From Epithemia pelagica (Eukaryota; Protista; Bacillariophyta), in NCBI GenBank assembly GCA_946965045.2, contig OX337238.1:682001-746000 (forward strand): DNA of 64,000 nt. The letters run 5' to 3'. Below the pieces are notes generated by a model. It was given only the letters and a program-made list of their open reading frames with translations. It made no database searches and was not told the DNA's origin. Every line of letters begins with the position of its first letter. Position 1 is the stretch's first letter. Of this stretch, positions 31,995 through 43,043 are shown in pieces. Both the position numbers and the translations under genes were made by a program.

Positions 31995-33407
31995 TCACCC
32001 TAGATAATCGCTCTACTGGAATCAAATCGATCGAGCCGACGCTGATATTGAATGCAAAGAGCAGGAGAACCAACTTAAGAGCTCTGGAGAAAAGCAAGAA
32101 CCGGCAACGACAACTCAGGGGACACACCCACAAAGAGGACGAAACTATACAAAACGGAATGCTGGATGTGGCTTGTCGAGTCTTTGATGCGTGCGTGTTG
32201 TTGTTTCGTGTTGGTGACGAAACCATCTCCCCCTATCAATTGGACAGCTACTTTCGCAGAGGAGGATCGATGGCTATCATTCTTGATCTACACGTATGAA
32301 GAAATGGACATTAAGCCAGCAATGGAGTGACGCACGCATCCATGCGAGTCGAGAAAATGGTGGACAACGGACAACTGTGATGGGTGATGGGTGATGATGA
32401 CATCTACCCACTACCCGATGCCCCAATTTCCATAAGAGAAAGAGGCGCATCACTCATCACTCGACAATGGACAAGAGACCGTGACGGAAAAAATAGCTTT
32501 GGACAAAACGGAAAATTGTCATTGAAGAAAATGGCAAACATTGGTCCCGTATTTTTGAACTACCCAACCATGTTTTGCCAGGCACAAAACAACCAATAAC
32601 CAATAGCACTTGGCGAAACCCGTCGTCAGATTCCACGAATGTACGAATGTCTCGCGGCGGAGACCACTCGTCTCCAACCAATCTGTTGGAAGAGTCAGAC
32701 CGCTCTCGCCCTCCACGCTTCATGGAGTCAATAGTCCCCAAACAAAAGAGAACACACCATTGCGCATTCATCAGGTACTCCACCACGTCACGTGAGAGTT
32801 TGCGCATCACCATAATGTGACCGAAAAATGGGGATGTTTGGTGGTTGTTGTGCTTGAAATCCTGCAAGCAAGATGTAGTCGCGAGACTCGCGACTTAATT
32901 CGGTCGCTTTAATGGATCGACGTGCGTGCGAACGGAGCAAAAGATTTAAATTTTAAATGTTTGTTTATAGTTCCGTGTACATTTCAGTCGTGGGAGTCCT
33001 GTTTCGGAGGGGCGGCGAGACTTACGTGGCTTGAAATGACCCGAAGGCTGTAGAAATGACATCACATATCGGCTCGTTGTACCACCTGTCACCATCACCA
33101 TTCGGCCACGCAAGCATCTGTTAACACCATCACAGTTATGACGAATCCGACCTATTCCGTCACTTTCCGTGCAATTCCCATTCGGACCTTCGCAGTGGCA
33201 GCTGGGCCCAATTTTTCCGTAGGTCACAATTTCGATTTCACATCTGCAAAGTTGTCTATTGCATACGGTGTTGTCGTCATTTTCGAACGGCAAGCTGTTC
33301 ACATCGCTATCATCTCTTTCAACAAAAAACGTGAAGAGGAACCAACCTCAACTTTGGAGATTCGTTAGCCTTCAGCTCCAACACGAGTTGCGCATTGTTT
33401 AGAAATC

Positions 33408-34055
33408 ATGGCGAAAATGAAGTTACAGATTACAAGGAGTGCAACACCATATTCGGCAGCAACACCACGAAAAGTGAAGCTATCCTTTCACGATGTTGTT
33501 CGCGAGCATTACAACATGTACAAGAGATTCGACCCGACAGAAGTATTGGTGACGCTGCTGCGTTTCAAGGGTATCTACGTTTCAATATTTGACTTTCGCG
33601 ATCTTCAAGATTCATTCTACCAACCATCAACCGAGGACTACGAGTCGTATGGATTCCCCGTTCTCAATGCGGTGCGATCAGGAGATATTGAAACACTAGA
33701 GACATTACGAAAGAACGGCCAAAGCCTGAGTTGTTGCAATAGCGTGGGGGAAAGTATACTACATTTGGCATGCAGAATTGGCCAAACAGAAGTGGTACGA
33801 TATCTTGTCAAAGAAGTGGGTGTGCCAGTACGAATATGTGACAAGTACGGCCGAACACCAATGCATGACGCGTACTGGACCTCTGAGCCAAACTTGGAGC
33901 TTGTCAACATTCTTGTATCTAAGTCACCTGATCTCTTGTTTATCAAGGATATGAGAGGACACACTCCAATGAACTACGCTCCAAGAAAGTTTTGGAAGAC
34001 TTGGGTCAAGTACTTTGCCAAAAGTATAAACAGTGCGAGGGGGTTTGCTGACTGA
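33408..34055 (+). CDS. Ankyrin-repeat protein (diatom-expanded type), 215 aa
   Basis: CNSVGESILHLACRIG, CDKYGRTPMHDAYW, KDMRGHTPMNY. Confidence 0.88.
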   Translation: MAKMKLQITRSATPYSAATPRKVKLSFHDVVREHYNMYKRFDPTEVLVTLLRFKGIYVSIFDFRDLQDSFYQPSTEDYESYGFPVLNAVRSGDIETLETLRKNGQSLSCCNSVGESILHLACRIGQTEVVRYLVKEVGVPVRICDKYGRTPMHDAYWTSEPNLELVNILVSKSPDLLFIKDMRGHTPMNYAPRKFWKTWVKYFAKSINSARGFAD

Positions 34056-34746
34056 ACACGCCTAGATCGCCGACGTAGTCCACTTTGATGAGATGGCAAA
34101 AGCCATCTTCTACTACAGTGGCTATTTTGACATGTAGAAAAAGCTCTTGTAAAATTAGAAGGACTGTTCAACTACCTTATTCCTTGTATTATCTTCAATT
34201 GCAATCCCATAGGATCATCGTTTTCGTGTGTTTGGCAAGGTTCATTCCGACTTGGGTGTCCAAATGCGACATGAATCATGCGGGTCTGAGTTTGAATCTC
34301 CCGGCTCCCGGATTATTTTTTAGTGGGGAAAGCGGAAAAACTCAGAACTTTCTCCAGCAAATTCGCAACACACGAAAGGCACACGTTCACTTCATTCGGG
34401 TAACCGTCGTAGGATGGCAACTTACTCATCCAGGAAAGAAATACAAACAGCGCATCATGCTCCTGCGAAATGTAAGCATCATCCGCATTCCCCGAGCGAA
34501 CAGCTCCTCGTCAGTCATCTTACAAAGCATGAGAAACTCCACGTCATTATTCGAAGCATTGCAGATGGAGTTGACATTGGAGAGAGGCCGACTGTACAAG
34601 AGTCCCGAAATGAGCACCGGAAAGAGATCGGGAACCTCCATCAGATGCGTTGTCTAGAATCAGTCAACAACGATCCCTGTAATAAGCACAACAATGCTAT
34701 GTAGTCACCCCGCTCGTGTCTTGACCATCCATAGACCATCGTCAAC

Positions 34747-36726
34747 TCAACTTTTCTCACGATCGGGGTGAGAAAACAAACATCCTGATCGTTTACAGTC
34801 CGCACCAAATTTGCATGGTTTTCGTTGGAACCTACGACGTTCCTTCTTTCCCAGCGCATGTCCTCCACCCCATTTCAACACGCTCGGTGCGGCCTTTTGG
34901 TCTGCCAAGGATGTATGCGAACCGTTCGTTGTTATTTTCGTCGACGCAGAAGGACAAACGCGTACCCCATTGTCGGTCCACTCGACTTCTTCCGCTCGCA
35001 TCGTCACATTTTCCTCCACACACAGCGGACAACGGACAAGAATATCGGAACCTTGACCCTTTGATCGAGAATTATTCTTTTGAACCGTCATGCAGGAATC
35101 GCACATGAGGACAGGTACACCACATGTCCCACACTTTTTCTTGCCCACGTAACGATTCCACGGATTTTGACAAACACAGCACTTCATTTCTGGTAGAAAC
35201 TCCTTCGTCAAGTCATCCTTCTGATTCTGCTCATTCTTCTTCCCCTTTGTGTTTTTCTTCGTGCTACCTTGTTTTGTTCCCAACACACCACCATCGCCAT
35301 CTGGATTGTTCACGTCAAAGGCTTCTCGTTTGTCAAACACAAAATTTTTGCCGCGCCAGTACCCACCATCAGGAAAGGCCTGAAGGTACCGTTCAATACC
35401 ACCCTGGAGTTGGTAGACACCCGCCAGTTGGTCGCCCATGCAGTGATTCAAATGCGCGGATGCTCGTTCACAACGCACACCTCCCGTACAGTACCTGTGA
35501 AAGCAATGCGGAACAAAGGCATTCCTGTGAATGCCAGACCTGTTTATAATACTCTTGCACAAATCAGAAACTTACAACAGAACTTGTTTGCCCGCCAACT
35601 GACTTTGTGTATCTGGCTTTTGCAACCATGTTGCAAAATCAGTGGATTTTCGCATTTTAGGATCTACATAGACAGCCCCACCATCGACTCTGTCATCTGA
35701 TGATCCATCACTGTTGGACGAACCTGTTTTTCCTTTGCGCCTTTCTTCTTTCGTAGAATCATTTGTAGCGGCAGCCTCACGGTGTTGTTCTTGTCCATCA
35801 AATCGTCCAATTGCAGCTTCATAGTGATTCCGAACATCCACCACAACGGTATCTTTTCCCTCCAACTTTCGATGAAAGTCACGTGCATCGAGATGAGTGC
35901 CACCCTTGTGCAAGGGTGCCTTTTCCTCATCCAACCCGTAATAGACCAGTTCTTTAATGGGAAAGACTTTGAAATCCTTAAAGTGCCGATCTCCCGTCAA
36001 ATTGTCGATAAACTTGAAGTCAGTCTTTTCAAAGACAGGGTCAAAGGACTGCAAATCTCGAGCAAAATGACGCAAGGTCTCGGCAGCTGTGGTTTTGCTC
36101 TTTCCGGATCCAGAACAGTCGCGCGAGCTGATAGTGGCATTGACACCTTCTCGTGCCACGCGAAAGCGTCCACCAAGAATGCGGTATTTTTCGGCAATAT
36201 GGCAGACATACGCCATGAGATGTTGCGTCACACTCTCCGTCCACAAAGGATCCACATATTGATAGAACAAGAGCAAGGAGGCCTTCGAGTTGGCCAACGG
36301 CGGCTCTCTACTCTTGATGATAACAGCCTTGGGGAACCATTTTCCCAACGTTTTTGCACCATGTTGTTTCTCCAGGTCTTTTATTGTTGGAATGGGAGTG
36401 GGAGTGGGAGTGTAAGACGGATCGTCGTCCAAAACATGCCTTTGAAGGGGGCTGGTTACTTTTTCAGATGTTCCGTCTCCGTCCCTATTGGGATAATGTG
36501 ATTCACCGTTATCTTTTTCCTTCTCGTTTTTACGTTGGTCACGTTCAGATGAGGTAGACCGAGCAATTGGTCCGTCTGGTTGAGGTTTGGGTTGTTGTTT
36601 CTTTTGTCTCTTGCGTGCTTTCTGCTCCTTGCGACTCAATCTCTTCTTCTTGCGAGAATGACATTCATCATTATTCTGTGCTGCTCTGTTTGCAGTTTCA
36701 GATGCGCTTTCGGAATGCGGGTCCAT
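34747..36726 (-). CDS. Rhodanese-domain UPF0176/TrhO(TSTD2)-like protein with C-terminal CCCH finger; complement join(34747..35494,35576..36726), 632 aa
   Basis: LLLFYQYV, GRFRVAREGVNATI, VVVDVRNHYEAAIGRF. GT-AG intron 35575-35495 restores KQVLLYCTGGVRCERAS. Also YQLQGGIERYL, GKNFVFDKR, CCVC...CGTC...CDSC and C-terminal CKFGADCKRSGCLFSH. Confidence 0.9.
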
Positions 36727-36927
36727 CGTTATCCTTCTTCCTTTCCATCCTCCTATATCCTTTCTGTCAAAGGCGGAAGATTTGTGGCCATCGCCGTGAA
36801 TCCGACCGACCACAGACAGATCACCAAATCTTACCTGGTCACCCCATTTTGACGCGTTCTCAGTTTCGCGAAACTTGGAGATTTAGAGCGCTGAGATTTT
36901 GCGACCGGCGTGTCTCCCGCATTGACC

Positions 36928-37476
36928 ATGGCGCTTCTGGGTGAAGACGACGACTTTTTTGGTGATGATAATGATGATAACGAAACACCCATCAACTACA
37001 CGGATCTCGATGATGAAGTGAATGGGAGTGTTGCCAAGGACTTGACTACGGGTTTAGCTGCCGCAGAAATCATGGCCATAGAGGATCGCTATCGCAAGCT
37101 GGGATTCCATGACACGTACGAAACGAGTGAAGAGGAAATGTTGCAAAAAGGTTTTGAAGACGGATTTGCCGAAACCTTTCAAGTTTCCAAGCGAATTGGA
37201 GCTCACATTGGTGCCTTAACATTTTTGCACTTTCAAGGCAGAAACGCCCAAGACACAGAGTCGCCTTCATCGAGAACCCCATCACGGACCGAGTCTTCTG
37301 AAAACGCATCATCATCTTTCCCGTTATTAGAAGCTATCAATAAAACTCAGGAGTACCTTTCAAACCGTTCAAACAGTGCTCCGGGGACATTGGGAGAAGG
37401 CGCGAAGGATGATCTGGGCGGTCTCGAATCTGCTGTGGAACAGATCGTGGCCAAGTCCACCACCAACCATGGATGA
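36928..37476 (+). CDS. Yae1_N-domain (Yae1/Lto1-like) protein
   Basis: EDRYRKLGFHDTYETSEEEMLQKGFEDGF...SKRIG resembles the Yae1 deca-GX3 region, partly degenerate. Head-to-head with the rhodanese gene, 202 bp apart. Confidence 0.65.
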   Translation: MALLGEDDDFFGDDNDDNETPINYTDLDDEVNGSVAKDLTTGLAAAEIMAIEDRYRKLGFHDTYETSEEEMLQKGFEDGFAETFQVSKRIGAHIGALTFLHFQGRNAQDTESPSSRTPSRTESSENASSSFPLLEAINKTQEYLSNRSNSAPGTLGEGAKDDLGGLESAVEQIVAKSTTNHG

Positions 37477-37534
37477 TCCAATCTTACGATGAACAGGGGC
37501 CTATCATGTAGAGAAGATGTTCATGGCCTGGACT

Positions 37535-39868
37535 TTATGAATCTTGATCTGTACGGAGTACCTGCAGTTGCGAGAGTGCACGTTGGAGGACGAACGCGTG
37601 AGGATCGGGCGGAGCCGCGTCTTGTTGCAACGTCACATAACAAGTCACCACAGCATCGAGTGCAAGTTGTGCAGATTCCGGATGCGTTTGTGTATCGTCG
37701 AAAGCTTGCAAGAAGGCAATGAGATTATCTTTCCAGTTCTCTATGGATGATGTGGAGAGGGGGAAAATATCATTCGCCAGTTCCATCAACTGGGACACCC
37801 ATACAACGGATGATGGCGAAACTGGGGATTCGGACTCGTTGATTGTCAATCTGACTACTTGAAGTGGCAGGTTTGACTTCCAAAAGTCTGCTACTAGATC
37901 AGGAATAATATCCTTCCACGTCTTGATCAAGGCCTCTCGATCATCGTCGCCTTGCGCCGATGCCAAAATTGTTGTCACACCGGGCACAAGGAGAACCGAA
38001 AGCTGAGGATGTTTGGATGTCAAAGTCATTGTCTGTTCCACTGCGTGCACCAATGCATTGGTCATTTTCTCTGGTGCTTGTGACTGCCGAAAATGGTTCT
38101 CAGAGTCTGGTTCTTTGTGCTGGTGAGTGAACACATCGAATTCGGTCAACAGGCTACCAAACACACCCACAAGTGCGGTGTTGGGCAAAACTTGGGCCAA
38201 CAAAATGTTGCCCTCAATCTCTTGAAAGTACAAAACGCAAAGGTTCAAAGCCTGTTCCAGGGAGTGACGGACGTGCTCGATAGAAGATTTGGAAAGCTTG
38301 TATCGCGAGTTTGGTTTAGCCGACTTTTGTTCTTCGTCCAGCTGGGTAATGAAATCAGTGGTTTGTGTAATAATTAGTCCACAGGCAGACAGAAACGCTT
38401 CTGGTTTATGAGCGTCGTTGTCGTTCTCGTTCTCGTCGATATCTCTGGTTGTCGAGTTGGATGTTGTTTGAATGTGCAACAAACTGTCTATTTGGAGATT
38501 CATCTCGACCACAGCTAGTCTCAGTAAACTGTAAATGTCCCGGTCGAGGCCAAATGTTTCCAAGAGAGAACGCCACAAGTGGCAGGTAACAGTCCATGCC
38601 AATGTCCGCAAGGTTGGAATATCGTCGTTTTGTGACACCACCGTAACGACCAATAGACGCAACAGCAACTTCGGCTCGTCCAAGGGAAGAACAGGGTTCT
38701 GTCCATCTGTAGAGCAGCAACACTCTTGGACACAATAAAGCAGAAACCATGCCCACTTGGCACGCATCGAGGGTGAAAGTGGTCCACCATGCCGATCGTT
38801 GGAACTCTCGTCAGTGTCGCTCTGTTGAGCATTGCCGTCAAGCCACCAGCGAAGAACCTTGTTCCAAAATGGGGGCATTGCATCAGACATATGATCACTG
38901 TCCCGACCTGAGAGTAATAGCTGTTGTTGAAAGATATCCAGCAGTGTCTCGTGCCACACTTGTAATGAATCATCCTCTTCGGGTTTTGACCCATTATTGT
39001 CGTCCTTGTTGCTAGTACCCCGTTTGACAACAGTGGTTTGTTGAATCAAAGCTTCCAATGTTGCATTCATCATAGAAAGCTCACCATTTTCACCATTTTC
39101 ACCATTTTCCAGGTCACCAAGTCTTGCTTCTTTATTGGTGGGCGATGCTGTCTCCAGAGGCATCCCAGGATCGTTGCATGTGGTTATGTTGCACAGAGCT
39201 GCCCGTTTATAACTGTCCCATAATGGAAAAATCACGTGTTGATTCAGGTCCGATATCATTGAGGCAGATGGCTGTAGAGACAATGAGAGAGTTACAAAGT
39301 TTCGCACAGCGTAGAGCATCTCACTGTCCACCAATTCCAGTGGTTGGTGGTCTGGAATGCTACGACGGAGGCGTAGAATATCGATCAAACAGCGAACATG
39401 CTCACGCCAAACATCCACCATTTCTTGTCGACTGGTCTCCACAACCATTTCTGTGCATCCACCAACCATCGAATCTGGAATCATGTTCAGACAGCATCGT
39501 GCGATAAGTTGCGAGATCAAACGAACCAATAAATGTTGAAACACCAACATGGATCCAGAAGACGTTTTCTTGCTTTCCGTGGGTTGTTGTATCAGATCAT
39601 TGTCTCCCTTGAGATGAGCAATAAGCGAATTATGAGTCCTGAGATGATGACAAAGACATTCCAAGCTGAATGCGACCAAGCTAGATGTTGGGGAAGCCGT
39701 GTTGTTGGAGGTGGCGATTTGACAAAAAACGTCCTCATCACTGATGCGTGTCCACAGCAAGAGACCGCAAAGTAAGACTTCATTTCGCGTAACCACTTGA
39801 GGGACCCCTCTCGCCTCAGCGTATCTGCATAAGGCAGCTATTTTGTCATGCGTTTGGGAATCGGCCAT
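37535..39868 (-). CDS. Large helical hypothetical protein, possibly neurochondrin-like, 777 aa
   Basis: Uninterrupted 2.3-kb ORF. The segment LLRLAVVEMNLQID...LSACGLII...HSLEQALNLCVLYF loosely recalls the neurochondrin C-terminal region. CDS confident, family tentative. Confidence 0.55.
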   Translation of the reverse strand: MADSQTHDKIAALCRYAEARGVPQVVTRNEVLLCGLLLWTRISDEDVFCQIATSNNTASPTSSLVAFSLECLCHHLRTHNSLIAHLKGDNDLIQQPTESKKTSSGSMLVFQHLLVRLISQLIARCCLNMIPDSMVGGCTEMVVETSRQEMVDVWREHVRCLIDILRLRRSIPDHQPLELVDSEMLYAVRNFVTLSLSLQPSASMISDLNQHVIFPLWDSYKRAALCNITTCNDPGMPLETASPTNKEARLGDLENGENGENGELSMMNATLEALIQQTTVVKRGTSNKDDNNGSKPEEDDSLQVWHETLLDIFQQQLLLSGRDSDHMSDAMPPFWNKVLRWWLDGNAQQSDTDESSNDRHGGPLSPSMRAKWAWFLLYCVQECCCSTDGQNPVLPLDEPKLLLRLLVVTVVSQNDDIPTLRTLAWTVTCHLWRSLLETFGLDRDIYSLLRLAVVEMNLQIDSLLHIQTTSNSTTRDIDENENDNDAHKPEAFLSACGLIITQTTDFITQLDEEQKSAKPNSRYKLSKSSIEHVRHSLEQALNLCVLYFQEIEGNILLAQVLPNTALVGVFGSLLTEFDVFTHQHKEPDSENHFRQSQAPEKMTNALVHAVEQTMTLTSKHPQLSVLLVPGVTTILASAQGDDDREALIKTWKDIIPDLVADFWKSNLPLQVVRLTINESESPVSPSSVVWVSQLMELANDIFPLSTSSIENWKDNLIAFLQAFDDTQTHPESAQLALDAVVTCYVTLQQDAAPPDPHAFVLQRALSQLQVLRTDQDS

Positions 39869-39889
39869 GGTTCCGGCGACGAAAAGCTA

Positions 39890-40384
39890 TCTGAAGTTTC
39901 CCCGAATCCCGAATCGACGACTTATATGCGACCCGGATGTAGTCCTTCCGTCTGTCGTAGCAACTCTCAGCTACTTGTATGCTATTTGCTATGGCTTCGA
40001 AAACCTTGCTGTGCTGGTCAAAGGCTATAGATGTAACGAAAGTCCATACATTGTTAATCAAGCATAAGCATATTGGAATTTGAACGTGGAATGAAGCTTT
40101 TGCTACAGTTGATGAATGAAGACACTGGGTATCATGAAGCCCCGACAGTGAATGTGTTGCCCATATCCTTTGACAAATTATGTGACAGTGAGGCACATGC
40201 CGCGTATATGGAACAACCTACCGTGGGCAAGTGGTGGTTACAGAACAAAATGTCGATTCTGAAAGTGCCTCCGACAATGCTTTTGGAACAACGAGAGCTG
40301 TCGACATTGTTTCTGGTGCAACAAGGAGCAGAACAATGGCACTTGCCCCCGTACCAACTGTTGGTGCAAAGGAAAGGATATTGA
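39890..40384 (+). pseudogene. 5'-truncated, disrupted gene fragment of unknown family
   Basis: Reads ...ATLSYLYAICYGFENLAVLVKGYRCNESPYIVNQA*AY, then after an apparent 1-nt deletion (TAT-TG-GAA) LEFERGMKLLLQL...WWLQNKM...LPPYQ. No ATG or 5' part before the neighbouring gene. Confidence 0.5.
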
Positions 40385-40787
40385 TCTCTGATAGAAACCA
40401 AAGTTACTCCATCAAGTAGGGAAACAATTGCCAAGATCCATATTGATCAATGATGGGGGCTCCAGCGTGTCTGCTAAGGAGGCTTCGTTGTATTGCGTGC
40501 TGGGACACCCGAACCTCATATCCACATATCCATCATCGGATATGTATTACCCATCTGCATGCCATGATTTGTATTCGTTGGTGTCGTATCTGACTCTGTT
40601 ACTGTCTCATGGTGTGAGCACTGAGTCTAGAAGAACTTACTTTGCTGATGCATTCTCGTGCTGCAGACGCCTGCGACATCTATGCAAAGCCATCAAGCGA
40701 CACATGCATTAGGGAGAAACCAAAGGTCTCTGTCGTCGTTGTTGCTTTTGGTTGTATCAGGTTTACTCAAAACAAAACAATGTAGAA

Positions 40788-41468
40788 TCAGTAACGGTTC
40801 TCGTTCAGCTGACGAACCGACTCTTCGACATCATATGACGGTGCCTGACTCAGATAGGCATCGACGGATTGAATGACTGCTTCGAGCAGTGTTTTCAATT
40901 CTCTGTCATCGTCTTCCCTCTGCCCCTTGACAAACTCCAATTCCGAGAGAAAGTTGTCCCAGGCTACCCAGGCATCGTTCCTGGCCCCATATTGGGCAGA
41001 CTGTTTCCGAGCACCAGGATCATCCTTCTCTTCCAGTTTGGGTCGATTCGGTCCATCGTATCCGTTTGTGTAGTAAACCAAAAAAGCATTCTGGTCAAGA
41101 AACCGTTGTTTGTAGGAAACTGGATGGGAGTATGCATCAAAGATGCGTTTGAAGTCCTGTTCCTTTGTGGGAATGGAAATACTGATCGTCGAGACTTTCT
41201 CTTGGTCCAGCTCGTTCCGAATGATGCCCAATTCTTGCCGTAACCGAACAATTGGTCGCAGCGCCTCCACTGTCCCAGTTCCACTCAGGTCGGCCCCATT
41301 GGACTCCGGCAAATTCCGAGTCAGTGTGATGGTCGTCGAGGAGAGAACGGAGACGAGCGTTTCACGTCGACTAACGACAACATGAGAAAGGCAGTTGCCC
41401 CATAAGTTATTATTAGTCCTCTCAAACACGATCCACGCAAGAAGAAAGCGCTTAACGTCTAAGCCCAT
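40788..41468 (-). CDS. Predicted plastid (possibly thylakoid-lumen) helical protein of unknown function
   Basis: ATG 41468; hydrophobic N-terminus, SRRETLVSVL twin-Arg-like motif; globular-looking core FKRIFDAYSHPVSYKQRFLDQNAFLVYYT..YDGP..QYGARNDAW. Confidence 0.6.
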   Translation of the reverse strand: MGLDVKRFLLAWIVFERTNNNLWGNCLSHVVVSRRETLVSVLSSTTITLTRNLPESNGADLSGTGTVEALRPIVRLRQELGIIRNELDQEKVSTISISIPTKEQDFKRIFDAYSHPVSYKQRFLDQNAFLVYYTNGYDGPNRPKLEEKDDPGARKQSAQYGARNDAWVAWDNFLSELEFVKGQREDDDRELKTLLEAVIQSVDAYLSQAPSYDVEESVRQLNENRY

Positions 41469-42184
41469 GGGATGGCCCCCTTCTAGAAAACCTGTTCCTC
41501 TTCTGCTTCCTGTCTTACTCCCGGCAACTGGCAAGGAACAAACACTCCTGTGTTCTTGTCACGTAACAAAGCAGCATGAATCTTACAATGAACTATGAAT
41601 CGTACCTATTTAGTTTCGCTACGGACTACGGACCTCCGACGAACGTATGGCTACCGCAGGTGTACTGGTAGGTAGGTACGGATATGGATTATGGATCCTC
41701 CGGCGGCAGGAAGTGTGAACGAGAAGGAGGAGGGCAATATTCATGTTGTCAGTGTTCCTTGGTGAAGTACAACCTATGAGTACTCTTATAAAAGGCATCA
41801 TATCATTTATTTGAATAGCCCATGTGCCCATAGCCCATAGCCATAGCCCCTTGCCTCTTGCCGAAAGCTCGGCTAGTCATGCTAGCATTGACACAGAAAG
41901 CTTTATGTCCCATAGTAGTAGTATCCTCCACCTCCTCAAATTTCTCCCCATATTGTCTCCCCATGGCATGCCAAATCTACCTAAGTCCATCATTTCCTTC
42001 ATGATAGAATAGAGAAAAGCTACTGTCGTAGTACCGCCTTGAGGGTATCTTGTTGACAAGGATGTCTCGTCTGCTGGCTTTGTCTGGTATTGGATACCTC
42101 TTTTCATTCCGAGAGAGAAAGAATCGAGAGTAAGCTATACATAGTTATCCATTATTGCAAAAGTGAACAAAGATTCCCCCTGAA

Positions 42185-43043
42185 TCAATCTTGTTCCGTA
42201 GGTTCGTGTATCCTCAAGGCGTAAATCTGCAACTCAGGATCAACCAAAGTGAAGCGCGACAGGCCCTGTTCACATTCCTCAGACTCGGGGAATGGTGTGG
42301 GCTCGAGCAAGGCTGGATCCCACCCGATTTCTTTGCAAGCGACTTTGTCAAATGATCCGTCGTCCGCCAGCAGCATGTCAAAGTGATTTGAGGATAGGTT
42401 GTGTTTGGGTGAATATCTTGGGGAACTGGGAGGAGAAACGACAGGGGTTTGGCCATTGTTATTCCCCTCATCCGGTTGATCAGATTGATCTTTGTCAGTT
42501 GCACCACTGGTGCTCCTGTCGTCCTCATCAGAAGAAGCTAGGGGCTTTTCTGCGACAGTCTTGTCTTCCACATACTTCGATCCAGAGCTAAGACGAGTTT
42601 TCGATCGGGAAATTTGCTTGACCAGCGACGGTGACCCTTTCACAAAATCTCGATGGTAGTATGATCCTTTATCTTTCCCGTTCTCCACGCACGAAAAACC
42701 GTATTGCTTTAGCTGTCGTACAAAGCCCTCAAAAGTTTTGACAAGAAAGAACCTGTTGATGACAAGACAAATGGTGAGTCTTACAGAGATCGACATCAAT
42801 CTAAATGATAAGTCTTTTCGGTGGAGCTTACCGTGGCAAGACCATTTCAGCGAAGTCTTTTGGTTTGTGAACCTGAAACGATCGACCGTGATTCTGCCAA
42901 CAAATCACATGGTCCATCCCATCATCTTCCATAGCAGTCAAGCATTCATAGAGACTCCATGGAAACGTAGACTGTGTTTGGCAGACTGAGGTTGTATTCT
43001 TTGCCATCTCGCATTGCGTTGCCATTGTTTCGTTGTAATTCAT
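42185..43043 (-). CDS. Heat-shock-factor (HSF-type DNA-binding domain) transcription factor; complement join(42185..42752,42832..43043)
   Basis: TFPWSLYECL...VICWQNHGRSFQVHKPKDFAEMVLPR, GT-AG intron 42831-42753 at the usual HSF position, then FFLVKTFEGFVRQLKQYGF...YYHRDFVKG. Start codon tentative. Confidence 0.88.

Noticed and set aside
34300-34641. Protein-like snippets on the minus strand downstream of the rhodanese gene
   Set aside because: Short, in two conflicting frames, no recognisable motif.
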